The position numbers and the translations under genes were made by a program. Shown here piece by piece: positions 9,685-17,769 of a stretch of 64,000 bases of DNA (positions are counted from its first letter, which is position 1; each line of letters opens with the position of its first letter). This stretch comes from Pseudomonadota bacterium (GTDB taxonomy: Bacteria > Desulfobacterota > Binatia > UBA9968), in assembly GCA_021324155.1 (NCBI GenBank), contig JAJPJQ010000051.1:199293-263292 (forward strand). Reading direction: 5' to 3'. The notes beneath the pieces were generated by a model. The model was not told the DNA's origin. It did no database searches and worked only from the letters and a program-made list of their open reading frames with translations.

Positions 9685-10689
9685 TCAGCCTTCGCCGATG
9701 CGCCGGATCGCGATACCGAGCGCGCGCGACGCATTGCCTTCGAGGATGGCGCGGCGCTCGTCGGCGGTGATGGCGAGCTGCGCGATACGCGCGACCGGAT
9801 CGAAATCGCCCATCGCCATCGGGTAGTCCGTGCCGATTACGACGCGGTCGGCGCCGACTGTGCGGACCAAATACGCGAGCGCAGCGGCGGAATGAACGAT
9901 CGTGTCGTAATAGAATCGCGCGAGATATTCCGAAGGCTTCTTGTCGATGTGTTTTCTCAATTCGGCGCGCACGCCGTAGGCGTGATCGAGCCGCCAGATG
10001 TTGAACGCCAGCAGGCCGCCGCCATGCGAGAGACAGAGCCGTAAATTTTGATACTTCTCGAAAAGTCCTTTTAATATCAGACGCTCGATCATGAGCGTCG
10101 TCCGATACGGGAACTGAACGACGTTTCCCAGCATCGCGTTGACCGGATCGTCCATGTCGATGCCATCTTCCGTCGGGTGGACGAACAGCAAGAGGTCGAG
10201 TGCTTGCGCCGCCTCGAAGAACGGCTCGAAAACAGGATCGTCGAGCTGCTTGTCGCCGACCGCCGTCCCAATCTCAAGACCCTTAAGACCGATGCGCTTC
10301 GCGTGATCGGCGACGGCGATCGCTTCGCCCACGTCCTGCAGCGGCACGCTGCCGAAGCCGACGAACCGCTCGGGATATTTTCCGGCGACGGCGCGGATCG
10401 CCTCGTTCTGAAGCCGCGAGAAATATCCCGCAGCGGCTGGGTCGTCCCAGTAAAACAGCATGATCGGCGAAGGCGAAAGCGCCTGGAGATCGATCTGCAT
10501 GCGGTCGAGCTCGCCGAGGCGCACGGCCCCGTCGTACATGGCGGCGGTGAGATTCGCGCGAACTCCGCCGCCGGACTTGATGGTCAAGCGGCCGCCGGCG
10601 AGGTCGGCGGTGGGCGCCTTGTCGCGGAATTTACTCGCGCTTTGAAACGCTTCGATGGGGAAAAAATGCGAGTGCAGATCGATGTTCAT
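9685..10689 (-). CDS. amidohydrolase_2 family protein (ACMSD-like decarboxylase)
   Basis: IDLHSH, FVHP, SHGGG, YYDTIV, GTDYP motifs. Confidence 0.9.
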   Translation of the reverse strand: MNIDLHSHFFPIEAFQSASKFRDKAPTADLAGGRLTIKSGGGVRANLTAAMYDGAVRLGELDRMQIDLQALSPSPIMLFYWDDPAAAGYFSRLQNEAIRAVAGKYPERFVGFGSVPLQDVGEAIAVADHAKRIGLKGLEIGTAVGDKQLDDPVFEPFFEAAQALDLLLFVHPTEDGIDMDDPVNAMLGNVVQFPYRTTLMIERLILKGLFEKYQNLRLCLSHGGGLLAFNIWRLDHAYGVRAELRKHIDKKPSEYLARFYYDTIVHSAAALAYLVRTVGADRVVIGTDYPMAMGDFDPVARIAQLAITADERRAILEGNASRALGIAIRRIGEG

Positions 10690-10698
10690 GCGAGTGGT

Positions 10699-11565
10699 TT
10701 ACGCGCGCTGCAAATTCGCCTGGAAGAAATCGAGCGTCCGCGCCCACGCCTCCCTCGCCGCCTCGGGATGATAGCGCTCGACGTTATTGTCGCTGTGAAA
10801 ACCGTGCTGCGCGCCGGGATAGATCTTGTACGTGTACGATTTGCCGTACTTCTTCATAGCCTCGACCGTGCCGGGAATATCCTGGTTGACGCCGGGATCT
10901 TTCTCGCCGTAGTGCGCCAGCACCGGCGCCTCGACCGTTTTCACGCGGTCGAGCGGCTGCGGGCTGCGGCCGTAGAAGACAACCACCGCGGAGAGGCCGC
11001 GCACTTCCGCCGCTGACGAGAAGGTCATCTCGCCGCCCCAGCAAAAGCCCACCGTCCCGAGACGGTCGCCGCGCACATACGAGAGCGAGCGGAGATAGTC
11101 GCAGGCCGCCGCCGAGTCTTCGGCGACTTTTTGCCATGGCGCGAGCTCGCGAATATTCCCCAGGCCTTCGCCCTTAGGATTCACCTTGGCGGTGCCGCCC
11201 TGGCGCGACAAGAAATCGACCGCGAGCGCGGCGTAACCGGCGCGCGCGAGCCGACGCGCGACGTCGCGCGTGTACTCATTGATGCCCTGATTCGCATGCG
11301 TGATGACGACGCCGGGAGTTTGTCGGCTCCCCGGACGCGCGAGATAACCGGAGATCGGTCCGACCTTGCCTTTGAACTCTACGTTCCCCGCCAAGACTTG
11401 GACTTTGCTCCGCTCACGGACGCCGTCTGCGCCCGCCGCGCAGCCAAAGAGCGCGCCAGCCGCCGCGACGCCGCCCGCGATGCGGAAGGTTTTCAGCACG
11501 AATTCGCGTCGGCTGATTTTGCCGTCGCGATAATCCTGAATCAGCGCTTTCAGCTCCTCACTCAT
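10699..11565 (-). CDS. dienelactone hydrolase family protein (Tat signal)
   Basis: SRREFV Tat motif; GFCWGG nucleophile; YPGAQHGF. Confidence 0.9.
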   Translation of the reverse strand: MSEELKALIQDYRDGKISRREFVLKTFRIAGGVAAAGALFGCAAGADGVRERSKVQVLAGNVEFKGKVGPISGYLARPGSRQTPGVVITHANQGINEYTRDVARRLARAGYAALAVDFLSRQGGTAKVNPKGEGLGNIRELAPWQKVAEDSAAACDYLRSLSYVRGDRLGTVGFCWGGEMTFSSAAEVRGLSAVVVFYGRSPQPLDRVKTVEAPVLAHYGEKDPGVNQDIPGTVEAMKKYGKSYTYKIYPGAQHGFHSDNNVERYHPEAAREAWARTLDFFQANLQRA

Positions 11566-11718
11566 TTCTCCTCCCTGTGAATCAGCGCTTCTGCCCCTGG
11601 AAAGCGTCTTTCCCGTTTAGAACCGGCTTAAAATAGGCATATCGCCCGGCGCGGTCAATACGTATTTCTATGAAGATTTGCCGTGCCCGAGCGTGGGCGC
11701 CGAGGAGGATTCCGGCGA

Positions 11719-11747
11719 TTGATCTTTGAGGCATGATGGCCTAGAAT
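11719..11747 (+). promoter_or_regulatory. sigma70-type promoter
   Basis: TTGATC-N17-TAGAAT upstream of the leader and ORF 11861. Confidence 0.6.
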
Positions 11748-11749
11748 TA

Positions 11750-11828
11750 AACGCGATAGAATTCTTCCTTGTTGGACAGCAAAGACGAAGCCCCGCGGGA
11801 CTTCCTATCGCGTTCGGGGCTTTTTTTA
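11750..11828 (+). promoter_or_regulatory. putative attenuator / cis-regulatory leader RNA
   Basis: Terminator AAGCCCCG..CGGGGCTT plus T-tract lies between promoter and RBS; 5' AACGCGATAG is complementary to CTATCGCGTT inside the terminator hairpin. Confidence 0.55.
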
Positions 11829-11860
11829 TTTCGCTAAACAAATCTCAGGAGGGAAACGCC

Positions 11861-12232
11861 ATGACGGGACGCGAGGTGATCAAGGAAAACGACGCGATTT
11901 TACGCGGCATCGTGCGCAGCATCGACAAGAACCTCGACTACTCGACCGTCGAGGCGCCGCAAGCCGAGACGCCGAGATTCACCGTGCAGCTTTCGCTTCG
12001 CGGGCGGCGCGCGACGGTGTCCCTCGCGCTCGACGATCTCATCGCCGCGGCGCAGGATGTGGTCCGTCGGAACGCTATCCGCCAGAAGATTAAGAGCGTC
12101 CACGACCACATGATGGATACTCATGTCGTGGACGTCATGGGCAACAAAACGGCGCGCATGCTGAAGGAATCGGCGGCGAGCCAGGAGGCGTTCCAGAAGC
12201 CCAGCTTTAACCGCCGGTCGCCGCGGCGCTGA
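11861..12232 (+). CDS. hypothetical protein (123 aa, basic C-terminus)
   Basis: AGGAGG RBS before ATG 11861; followed by terminator. Confidence 0.8.
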   Translation: MTGREVIKENDAILRGIVRSIDKNLDYSTVEAPQAETPRFTVQLSLRGRRATVSLALDDLIAAAQDVVRRNAIRQKIKSVHDHMMDTHVVDVMGNKTARMLKESAASQEAFQKPSFNRRSPRR

Positions 12233-12250
12233 ACCCGCACATCGCGCAAT

Positions 12251-12286
12251 AAAAAAGGCCCGGATCTCTCGATCCGGGCCTTTTTG
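12251..12286. terminator. bidirectional intrinsic terminator
   Basis: AAAAAAGGCCCGGATC-tctc-GATCCGGGCCTTTTT between convergent genes. Confidence 0.9.
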
Positions 12287-12303
12287 TTTGGTCTGTGACT
12301 GTT

Positions 12304-12783
12304 CTAACGACCGCCGGGGCCGCCGCGATCACCCCATTCACGCAGCGACCATCCCGGACGCTGACGCGCGCAGAATTGCCGGTCGGCGTCGATGGTCCGG
12401 CGTGACCCTTCGATGTCGGCAGTTACGGAAAAGCAATGATCACGGTTGCGCAGCCGGTAGCCTTCCGCCGGCTGCATCTGGATCTCATTTACGCCAGGCC
12501 GCAGCATATAGCGCGCGCGCCCGACGAGCTCGTTGCTGTCGCGGATTTCGATTTCAGTCTCGCACGAGCGATCGCCGTCGAGACGAACCTTCACGATCCA
12601 ACTGCGCACCCGCTGCCCCTGGACGACGGGATCGGGCGACATATCCAGGTCCTGGATGCGCAGCCGATCACCCCGGCGACAGCCCCCGCCACGGCCGTAG
12701 GGCTGCGCACTGGCGTCCGACGCGAAGCCGATCAGCATCAACGCAGCGAGCGCGCCGAATAACGTGGTCTTCCACCAACCCAT
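12304..12783 (-). CDS. secreted hypothetical protein (Cys-containing, beta-rich)
   Basis: Signal peptide ending ASA-Q; AAGGAGG RBS. Confidence 0.8.
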   Translation of the reverse strand: MGWWKTTLFGALAALMLIGFASDASAQPYGRGGGCRRGDRLRIQDLDMSPDPVVQGQRVRSWIVKVRLDGDRSCETEIEIRDSNELVGRARYMLRPGVNEIQMQPAEGYRLRNRDHCFSVTADIEGSRRTIDADRQFCARQRPGWSLREWGDRGGPGGR

Positions 12784-12873
12784 ATATTACCTCCTTAGCT
12801 ACCGCCCTAGCGTTTCTTGGGCCGCCTGCGGCAGTTTGTCGAGTCGATTTTTGACGGCATATATCGACGCCCC

Positions 12874-13020
12874 CTAACGGCAATAGTTATACCGGCAATA
12901 ACCGCCATGGCCGTAATACCCTCTGTGATAGCCTCCGCGGTCTACCCAGATGCAGCCCGCGAGCGACCCTAAGAGAGCAAACGTCAGAAGCGCAGTCGCC
13001 AGCTTTTTGGCTTTTGCCAT
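12874..13020 (-). CDS. small lipoprotein (48 aa, Tyr/Gly/Arg-rich)
   Basis: Not in ORF track; MAKAKKLATALLTFALLGSLAGCIWVDRGGYHRGYYGHGGYCRYNYCR; LAGC lipobox; purine-rich RBS. Confidence 0.75.
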   Translation of the reverse strand: MAKAKKLATALLTFALLGSLAGCIWVDRGGYHRGYYGHGGYCRYNYCR

Positions 13021-13043
13021 TGTCTTCACCCCCCTTCAGCCGT

Positions 13044-13072
13044 TTAGACGAACGTAGCGGCTAAAAGTTTAA
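13044..13072 (-). promoter_or_regulatory. ECF sigma-type promoter
   Basis: Minus strand TTAAAC-N16-CGTCTAA; same architecture at 13360-13388. Confidence 0.65.
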
Positions 13073-13103
13073 TAGCTTGAAATTAGTAGTTTAGGTCCAA
13101 TAG

Positions 13104-13133
13104 AAAAAGGCCCGAGTGGCGAAACTCGGGCCT
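13104..13133 (-). terminator. intrinsic terminator
   Basis: AGGCCCGAGT/ACTCGGGCCT stem with T-tract on minus strand, after ORF 13153-13335. Confidence 0.8.
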
Positions 13134-13152
13134 CGGCGTGATGTAAAATTAG

Positions 13153-13335
13153 CTAGCAATCGCGATAGTATCGGCAGTCACGATAGCGATATTCGCCGGG
13201 GCTATGGAACCTAACGGGGCTTTGAAACGTAACGAGCGGGTAGGGCCCGCGCACGGTATAATAGCAGCCGCCGACCGAGGTCCCCAGAAGCGCCAGAACA
13301 GAACCCGCGAAGAGGAGTCTTTTAAGCTTGTCCAT
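13153..13335 (-). CDS. small lipoprotein (60 aa)
   Basis: MDKLKRLLFAGSVLALLGTSVGGC...; AAAGGAG RBS; C-terminal CRYYRDC. Confidence 0.75.
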   Translation of the reverse strand: MDKLKRLLFAGSVLALLGTSVGGCYYTVRGPYPLVTFQSPVRFHSPGEYRYRDCRYYRDC

Positions 13336-13359
13336 CCACGCTCTCCTTTCTGGCACTGA

Positions 13360-13388
13360 TTAGACGACGGACGCGCAAGATCGTTTAC
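13360..13388 (-). promoter_or_regulatory. ECF sigma-type promoter
   Basis: Minus strand GTAAAC-N16-CGTCTAA. Confidence 0.65.
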
Positions 13389-13391
13389 TCG

Positions 13392-14852
13392 TTATTGAGG
13401 AAAATTCGCTACCTTGCGCGCGTCGCCGGTCAGCTCGAGAATATGCATTCCGGTATTGGCACGATCGACGATGTAGATGTATCCGCGCTCGTCCACCTCG
13501 ACGTTGTTGGTTTGGATTGCGACTTTACATGCCTCGCCGCCCCCCGTCGCCGGCACGCACCGTTTGTCGGTGTGCTCGGTAATCGCCGGTATGTAGTAGC
13601 CAATCTCTTTTGGCCGATAAGGGTCGCGCACGTCGACGGCGCGCACGCCGGCGTTGAAATACGTGATAAAGAGAATCCGCTTGTAATAAATCGGCGTGAA
13701 CGACTCATTGCTCGAATGCGCGCCGAAGCGTCCGCCGCGCGCGCAGAAATCTCCGCTCGCGTCCAGCACCTGGAAATTCGAGACCGAAAACGGCCGCGAT
13801 TCTTTCGTTATGTCGACGAAAAAGACCATCTGCCGGAATTCGCGGCATTCGTTTTGCGTCGACTCGTTCACAATCGCGACGAAATCGGCGCGCTGGCCTT
13901 TGCCGCTGCGGGCGAACTCCGAAATATCCATGCCAAGGAGCGGAAATGCAGTGTGCGCGCCGGTCGGCGGATACAGATCGAGGCGCCCGATCTGCGCGTA
14001 GAGGATATTTTCTACCGTCGGCGCGAACGGGTCGCGGGCGTTGGGATCGCCTTTGATGAGCTTGTCGCGGTCGACGATCTGTAGCGTGCCGCTGCCGGCG
14101 GTGCCGTAGCCGAAATAAACGCGGTTGCCGAGCCGGATCGGCCCATGGAGCGGCTGCGGCGGCTCGCCCTTGGAGCCGGGCTCGGCGCCGACCAGGCCGT
14201 AATCGCGAATGAAGCGCGGTTTCGCCGGGTCGCTGAGATCGAAAATTTTGACGCCGCGGCTGCGCCAGCCCTCGTCTTTTTTGTACGCGACAAGATAAGC
14301 AATTCCGGTGTCGCACTCCCACCAGTTTTTGTGTGTGCTGGTGAGCTTCGAGAGCACCGTGGTGACGAGACTAGGCCGCGTGGGATCGGTCACATCCCAG
14401 AGCTCCTGGCCTTGATTGCCGAGCGTGCGGAGGAGAAAGAATTTCGAGCGATCGGCGCCCGGCAGGCCACCGCATACGCGAGACATCTGGGCTCCTCCGG
14501 CCTCTCCGGTTCCTTCCGCGGAGCCGGGGATGTGATGCAAATAGCGCGGCTTGGCCGGGTCCGTAACGTCGAGGATCGACGTGCCGTTCGGCTCATTCTT
14601 GCCGGTCAGTGGATTCAGCGCGCTGCCGCCGTGATGGCCGATATACGCGATCCAGCGACTCCCCTGCTGCTGGATGACCGGCTGATATGCGCTTCGCGCC
14701 TGAAGGTCGTCGGCGCCGACAAGACGCATATTCTGAGTCTCGGCGGGTCGGCTCTTTTCCGCTGCCGAGGCAGCGGGCCCCGCCAACGTGACCAAGCCGA
14801 CGACGACAGCCGGAGCATGCAGGCGCAGCGCCCGCGACGAGACACGATTCAT
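13392..14852 (-). CDS. secreted LVIVD-repeat (beta-propeller) protein
   Basis: Signal peptide; repeated ILDVTDP, IFDLSDP, AVDVRDP; NNVEVDERGYIYIVDR. Confidence 0.8.
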   Translation of the reverse strand: MNRVSSRALRLHAPAVVVGLVTLAGPAASAAEKSRPAETQNMRLVGADDLQARSAYQPVIQQQGSRWIAYIGHHGGSALNPLTGKNEPNGTSILDVTDPAKPRYLHHIPGSAEGTGEAGGAQMSRVCGGLPGADRSKFFLLRTLGNQGQELWDVTDPTRPSLVTTVLSKLTSTHKNWWECDTGIAYLVAYKKDEGWRSRGVKIFDLSDPAKPRFIRDYGLVGAEPGSKGEPPQPLHGPIRLGNRVYFGYGTAGSGTLQIVDRDKLIKGDPNARDPFAPTVENILYAQIGRLDLYPPTGAHTAFPLLGMDISEFARSGKGQRADFVAIVNESTQNECREFRQMVFFVDITKESRPFSVSNFQVLDASGDFCARGGRFGAHSSNESFTPIYYKRILFITYFNAGVRAVDVRDPYRPKEIGYYIPAITEHTDKRCVPATGGGEACKVAIQTNNVEVDERGYIYIVDRANTGMHILELTGDARKVANFPQ

Positions 14853-14999
14853 CGCCTTACCCTCCCTCACGGCTTTTATCGGCCGAGAAAATAGGGCAAC
14901 TCAGGCAACGCCGTCAAGGTATGTTTTTAGCCGCAAACGGAGCAAGCGGAGGAGCAGGATGAACAAAAAAGGACGATTCGGAACCAGCCAGCAGCCTAT

Positions 15000-15221
15000 T
15001 TACAAAGTGAATACCGTCGCACCTTGGCCGCGAACCTCGATCGGGTCGAAGTCGCGGAGCTCGCGAATCTCGATCGTATCCTCGACGAAATCACCGCCAG
15101 TGACGTTGCTCAATAGCTCGACGGCTTTTTCTTTGGTCGGCTGCGCCGAAGATTCGGCGAAGAGCGTCCGGGAGACTTTGGCTTGTCCCGCTTTAACGCG
15201 AAATTTAAGTACGTAAACCAC
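15000..15221 (-). CDS. hypothetical protein (73 aa)
   Basis: GTG start with AAGGAGG RBS. Confidence 0.7.
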   Translation of the reverse strand: MVYVLKFRVKAGQAKVSRTLFAESSAQPTKEKAVELLSNVTGGDFVEDTIEIRELRDFDPIEVRGQGATVFTL

Positions 15222-15266
15222 GACATTCCTCCTTAAGAAAGAGCTATAGGTTTCTCGGGCCTCTTT

Positions 15267-15395
15267 CTAGCTTGGATTGCGTTTCGAGCCGGTCTGCCTA
15301 CCGTCCTGAGGCCGAACTTTCACCCGCCCCTCAATGGCTCTCAGCCATCCCAACACGACGAGCAGCGAACCCAAGACAATAATCATTTCGGTCAT
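15267..15395 (-). CDS. small single-TM protein (42 aa)
   Basis: Not in ORF track; MTEMIIVLGSLLVVLGWLRAIEGRVKVRPQDGRQTGSKRNPS; GGAGG RBS; directly downstream of a sigma54 motif. Confidence 0.6.
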   Translation of the reverse strand: MTEMIIVLGSLLVVLGWLRAIEGRVKVRPQDGRQTGSKRNPS

Positions 15396-15430
15396 CGCGA
15401 CCTCCGTCATCCTTCTGACCAATTTCGTTC

Positions 15431-15447
15431 AGCAATGAATATGCCAA
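15431..15447 (-). promoter_or_regulatory. sigma54 (-24/-12) promoter
   Basis: Minus strand TTGGCAT-ATTCA-TTGCT (GG-N10-GC). Confidence 0.7.
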
Positions 15448-15677
15448 GCGCATGATTGTATGGAACTTTAAAAGTTTTGCCCAGGTGAGCGCCTTCGATG
15501 ACATAAACCGGCATATTCCAATTGATTCGACGAACCAAATTTCGTTCCTATTCATACTACGAACGAGCCCGGGGCAATCGTCGGTGGGAAGTAAAAATGA
15601 CAGAGTTACCTAGAAGCTCCAGACTGCCTATGCGCTGTAGCTTGTCGCGCGGGAATGAGCCTCGACCGGTTGGCGTT

Positions 15678-16664
15678 CTACTTCTCGACCGTGACACCCG
15701 CCTGCTGCAGAACGGAGCGCATTAAAACAATCTGCTCGTCGAAGAACGGACCTAGAGCCGCGCTTTTGAGAAAGACGTCCTCGACCTGATTCTCTTCCAG
15801 GTATTCTTTCCAGCTGCGAGTAGCCGCTAGCCGGGCGAAAAAGTCCTCCCAATAAGCGACTACCTCGCGACCCACCCCCGGAGGGGCCAGTATGCCGCGG
15901 GCATTCGCGATGATCGGCATCTGGATTCCCTGCTCCTTGATCGTCGGGAGATCCGGCAAAATCGCCAGCCGTTTCTCCGTAAAGGCCGCGATCGGCCGCA
16001 TCTTTCCGTTGGCGATGTACTCGTTTACATCCTGCGGCTGGGGAATGATGATCTGCACGTTGTTCGAGAGCAGATTTGCAATCCGGTCCTTGATCGCGGG
16101 CGTCGATACAAAAGTCCACTTCGCGCCGGTCGCGCTCTGGACAAGCAATCCCGTCAGGCTTTCGATGGCAGTCGCCGAGCCGCCCGCCTGCTTGAGGGCC
16201 ATGGGATTTTTCTTCGCCGCGGCGACGAAATCGTTCATCGTCTTGTACGGCGAATCGCCTCTGACCACTGCGATCGTCGGCTCGAGCACAAGCCGCACGA
16301 CCGGTGTGAGATCTTTGACGCTGTACTTCGCTTGCTTGCTCGTGAGCGGCGTCGCGACCCAAGTATTAGTGAAGACGGCGATTGTATGATCGTCGCCTTT
16401 CTTGGTTACGAGGTATTCCATCGCCTCGATGCTCGCGCCGGCAGTCTTGTTCACGACGCGCAACGACTGATCGAGCAGCTTCTCTTTTCCGATCATCTCG
16501 ACCACCGCGCGAGCGAAAACGTCGGAGCCGCCGCCGAGCGCGCTGTGCACCACGATCTCGACCGGGCGCGTCGGGTGAAAACTCTGCGCTCCGGCTACGA
16601 AAACTTGACAGAGAGACGCGATGTAACATCCGGTCGCGCAGAGTGCGTGCCGCGTAAATCTCAT
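15678..16664 (-). CDS. tripartite tricarboxylate transporter substrate-binding protein (TctC/Bug)
   Basis: PTRPVEIVV..GGGSDVFAR, DSPYKT, PDLPTIKEQG; start at MRFTRH after AAGGAGG. Confidence 0.9.
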   Translation of the reverse strand: MRFTRHALCATGCYIASLCQVFVAGAQSFHPTRPVEIVVHSALGGGSDVFARAVVEMIGKEKLLDQSLRVVNKTAGASIEAMEYLVTKKGDDHTIAVFTNTWVATPLTSKQAKYSVKDLTPVVRLVLEPTIAVVRGDSPYKTMNDFVAAAKKNPMALKQAGGSATAIESLTGLLVQSATGAKWTFVSTPAIKDRIANLLSNNVQIIIPQPQDVNEYIANGKMRPIAAFTEKRLAILPDLPTIKEQGIQMPIIANARGILAPPGVGREVVAYWEDFFARLAATRSWKEYLEENQVEDVFLKSAALGPFFDEQIVLMRSVLQQAGVTVEK

Positions 16665-17494
16665 CGGCATTCCTCCTTCGGCGCTGCGGGCTTTTTCGCC
16701 GCGCCGAGAATCGCCGGCATCGGCAGCTCCACAGCGCCGTTTCTGAGGTACAGGCCGCTGGCGTTGCTCATCATGGTGCGGATGCTGCGCAGCGCCTCCG
16801 GTGTCTGATGCCGCAACAATCCGGCGGTACGCACCGTCGCCGTTTGCATCGTCTGAAACAGCGCATCGACAGACGGCAACCGCCACGTCTGGGCAATTTT
16901 TTTCACCGCCGCATCCGTAAATCCCGCGGCGGCGAGCGACCGCGTGCTCTCCGCCCAGTCGCTGAAGCGAAAGAACGGCGGGCCGTCCGGCAGCGCGACG
17001 CGCATATCCCCGTGCGTCAGGATCGCGCCGAGTGTAATGCCAAAGCCCGCCGCCTCCTGCGGCTTCGCCCAGACGGTGAACGCGAAGCGTCCGCCCGGCC
17101 GGAGCACCCGGCACGCTTCGGCCAGCGCCTTGTCGGGATCGCCCAGGTGCAGCAGGCCGAAGTTCATCGTAACCGCGTCGAAGCTGCCCTCCGCAAACGG
17201 CAGCGCCTCAGCGTCGCCCTGCTCGAAATTCACTTCCGAATATGTCTGCTGCGCCGCGGCGACCATCGGCGCGGAGAAATCGACGCCGGTCACGATCGCC
17301 CCGCGCTGTGCCGCCGCGCCCGCAACGTACCCGGGACCGCTCGCAACGTCGAGCAGGCGGATGCCGGATTCCGCGTTGACGGCGTCCAGCAAGGGCCCGA
17401 TCGACTGCTGTGTCAATTCGCCGAACGCGCCGGCGTACTCGTCGGCGACACTCTCCCAGCCCGCCCGCTCGAAGTCTTTGAAGCTCTGGGACAT
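16661..17494 (-). CDS. class I SAM-dependent methyltransferase
   Basis: LLDVASGPG, GDAEALPF..SFD, RVLRPGGR. Confidence 0.9.
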   Translation of the reverse strand: MSQSFKDFERAGWESVADEYAGAFGELTQQSIGPLLDAVNAESGIRLLDVASGPGYVAGAAAQRGAIVTGVDFSAPMVAAAQQTYSEVNFEQGDAEALPFAEGSFDAVTMNFGLLHLGDPDKALAEACRVLRPGGRFAFTVWAKPQEAAGFGITLGAILTHGDMRVALPDGPPFFRFSDWAESTRSLAAAGFTDAAVKKIAQTWRLPSVDALFQTMQTATVRTAGLLRHQTPEALRSIRTMMSNASGLYLRNGAVELPMPAILGAAKKPAAPKEECR

Positions 17495-17704
17495 GAGGTG
17501 AAAAATAGGCAACGGCGAACACGACGTCAAGAACTGCTGTGATTACGCTCGATTATATGTCGCGTGAATTTTATAGGAGCCCGGCACGTCGAATGTGAAC
17601 GATGGTTGAACGCCGGATGAAGGCTGTCGACGGGAAATCCAAGGACAGCAAGTCCAAGGATTCCAAGTCGACCGACGCCCCGGGCAAGTAACCGCTATTC
17701 TCAG

Positions 17705-17741
17705 AGCGAAAGAGGCGGCTCCCTCCGCCGCCTTTCTCGCT
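17705..17741. terminator. probable terminator hairpin
   Basis: Imperfect GC-rich inverted repeat just downstream of the metE-like stop. Confidence 0.45.
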
Positions 17742-17769
17742 AGATTTCTTCAATCGATGGTCGGCGCGC

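Noticed and set aside
15331..15555. 74-aa minus-strand track ORF
   Set aside because: Spans the sigma54 motif; the alternative-frame 42-aa ORF has the RBS and a TM segment
16665..17114. Apparent long N-terminal extension of TctC
   Set aside because: Overlaps the methyltransferase out of frame; RBS and signal peptide indicate a start at 16664
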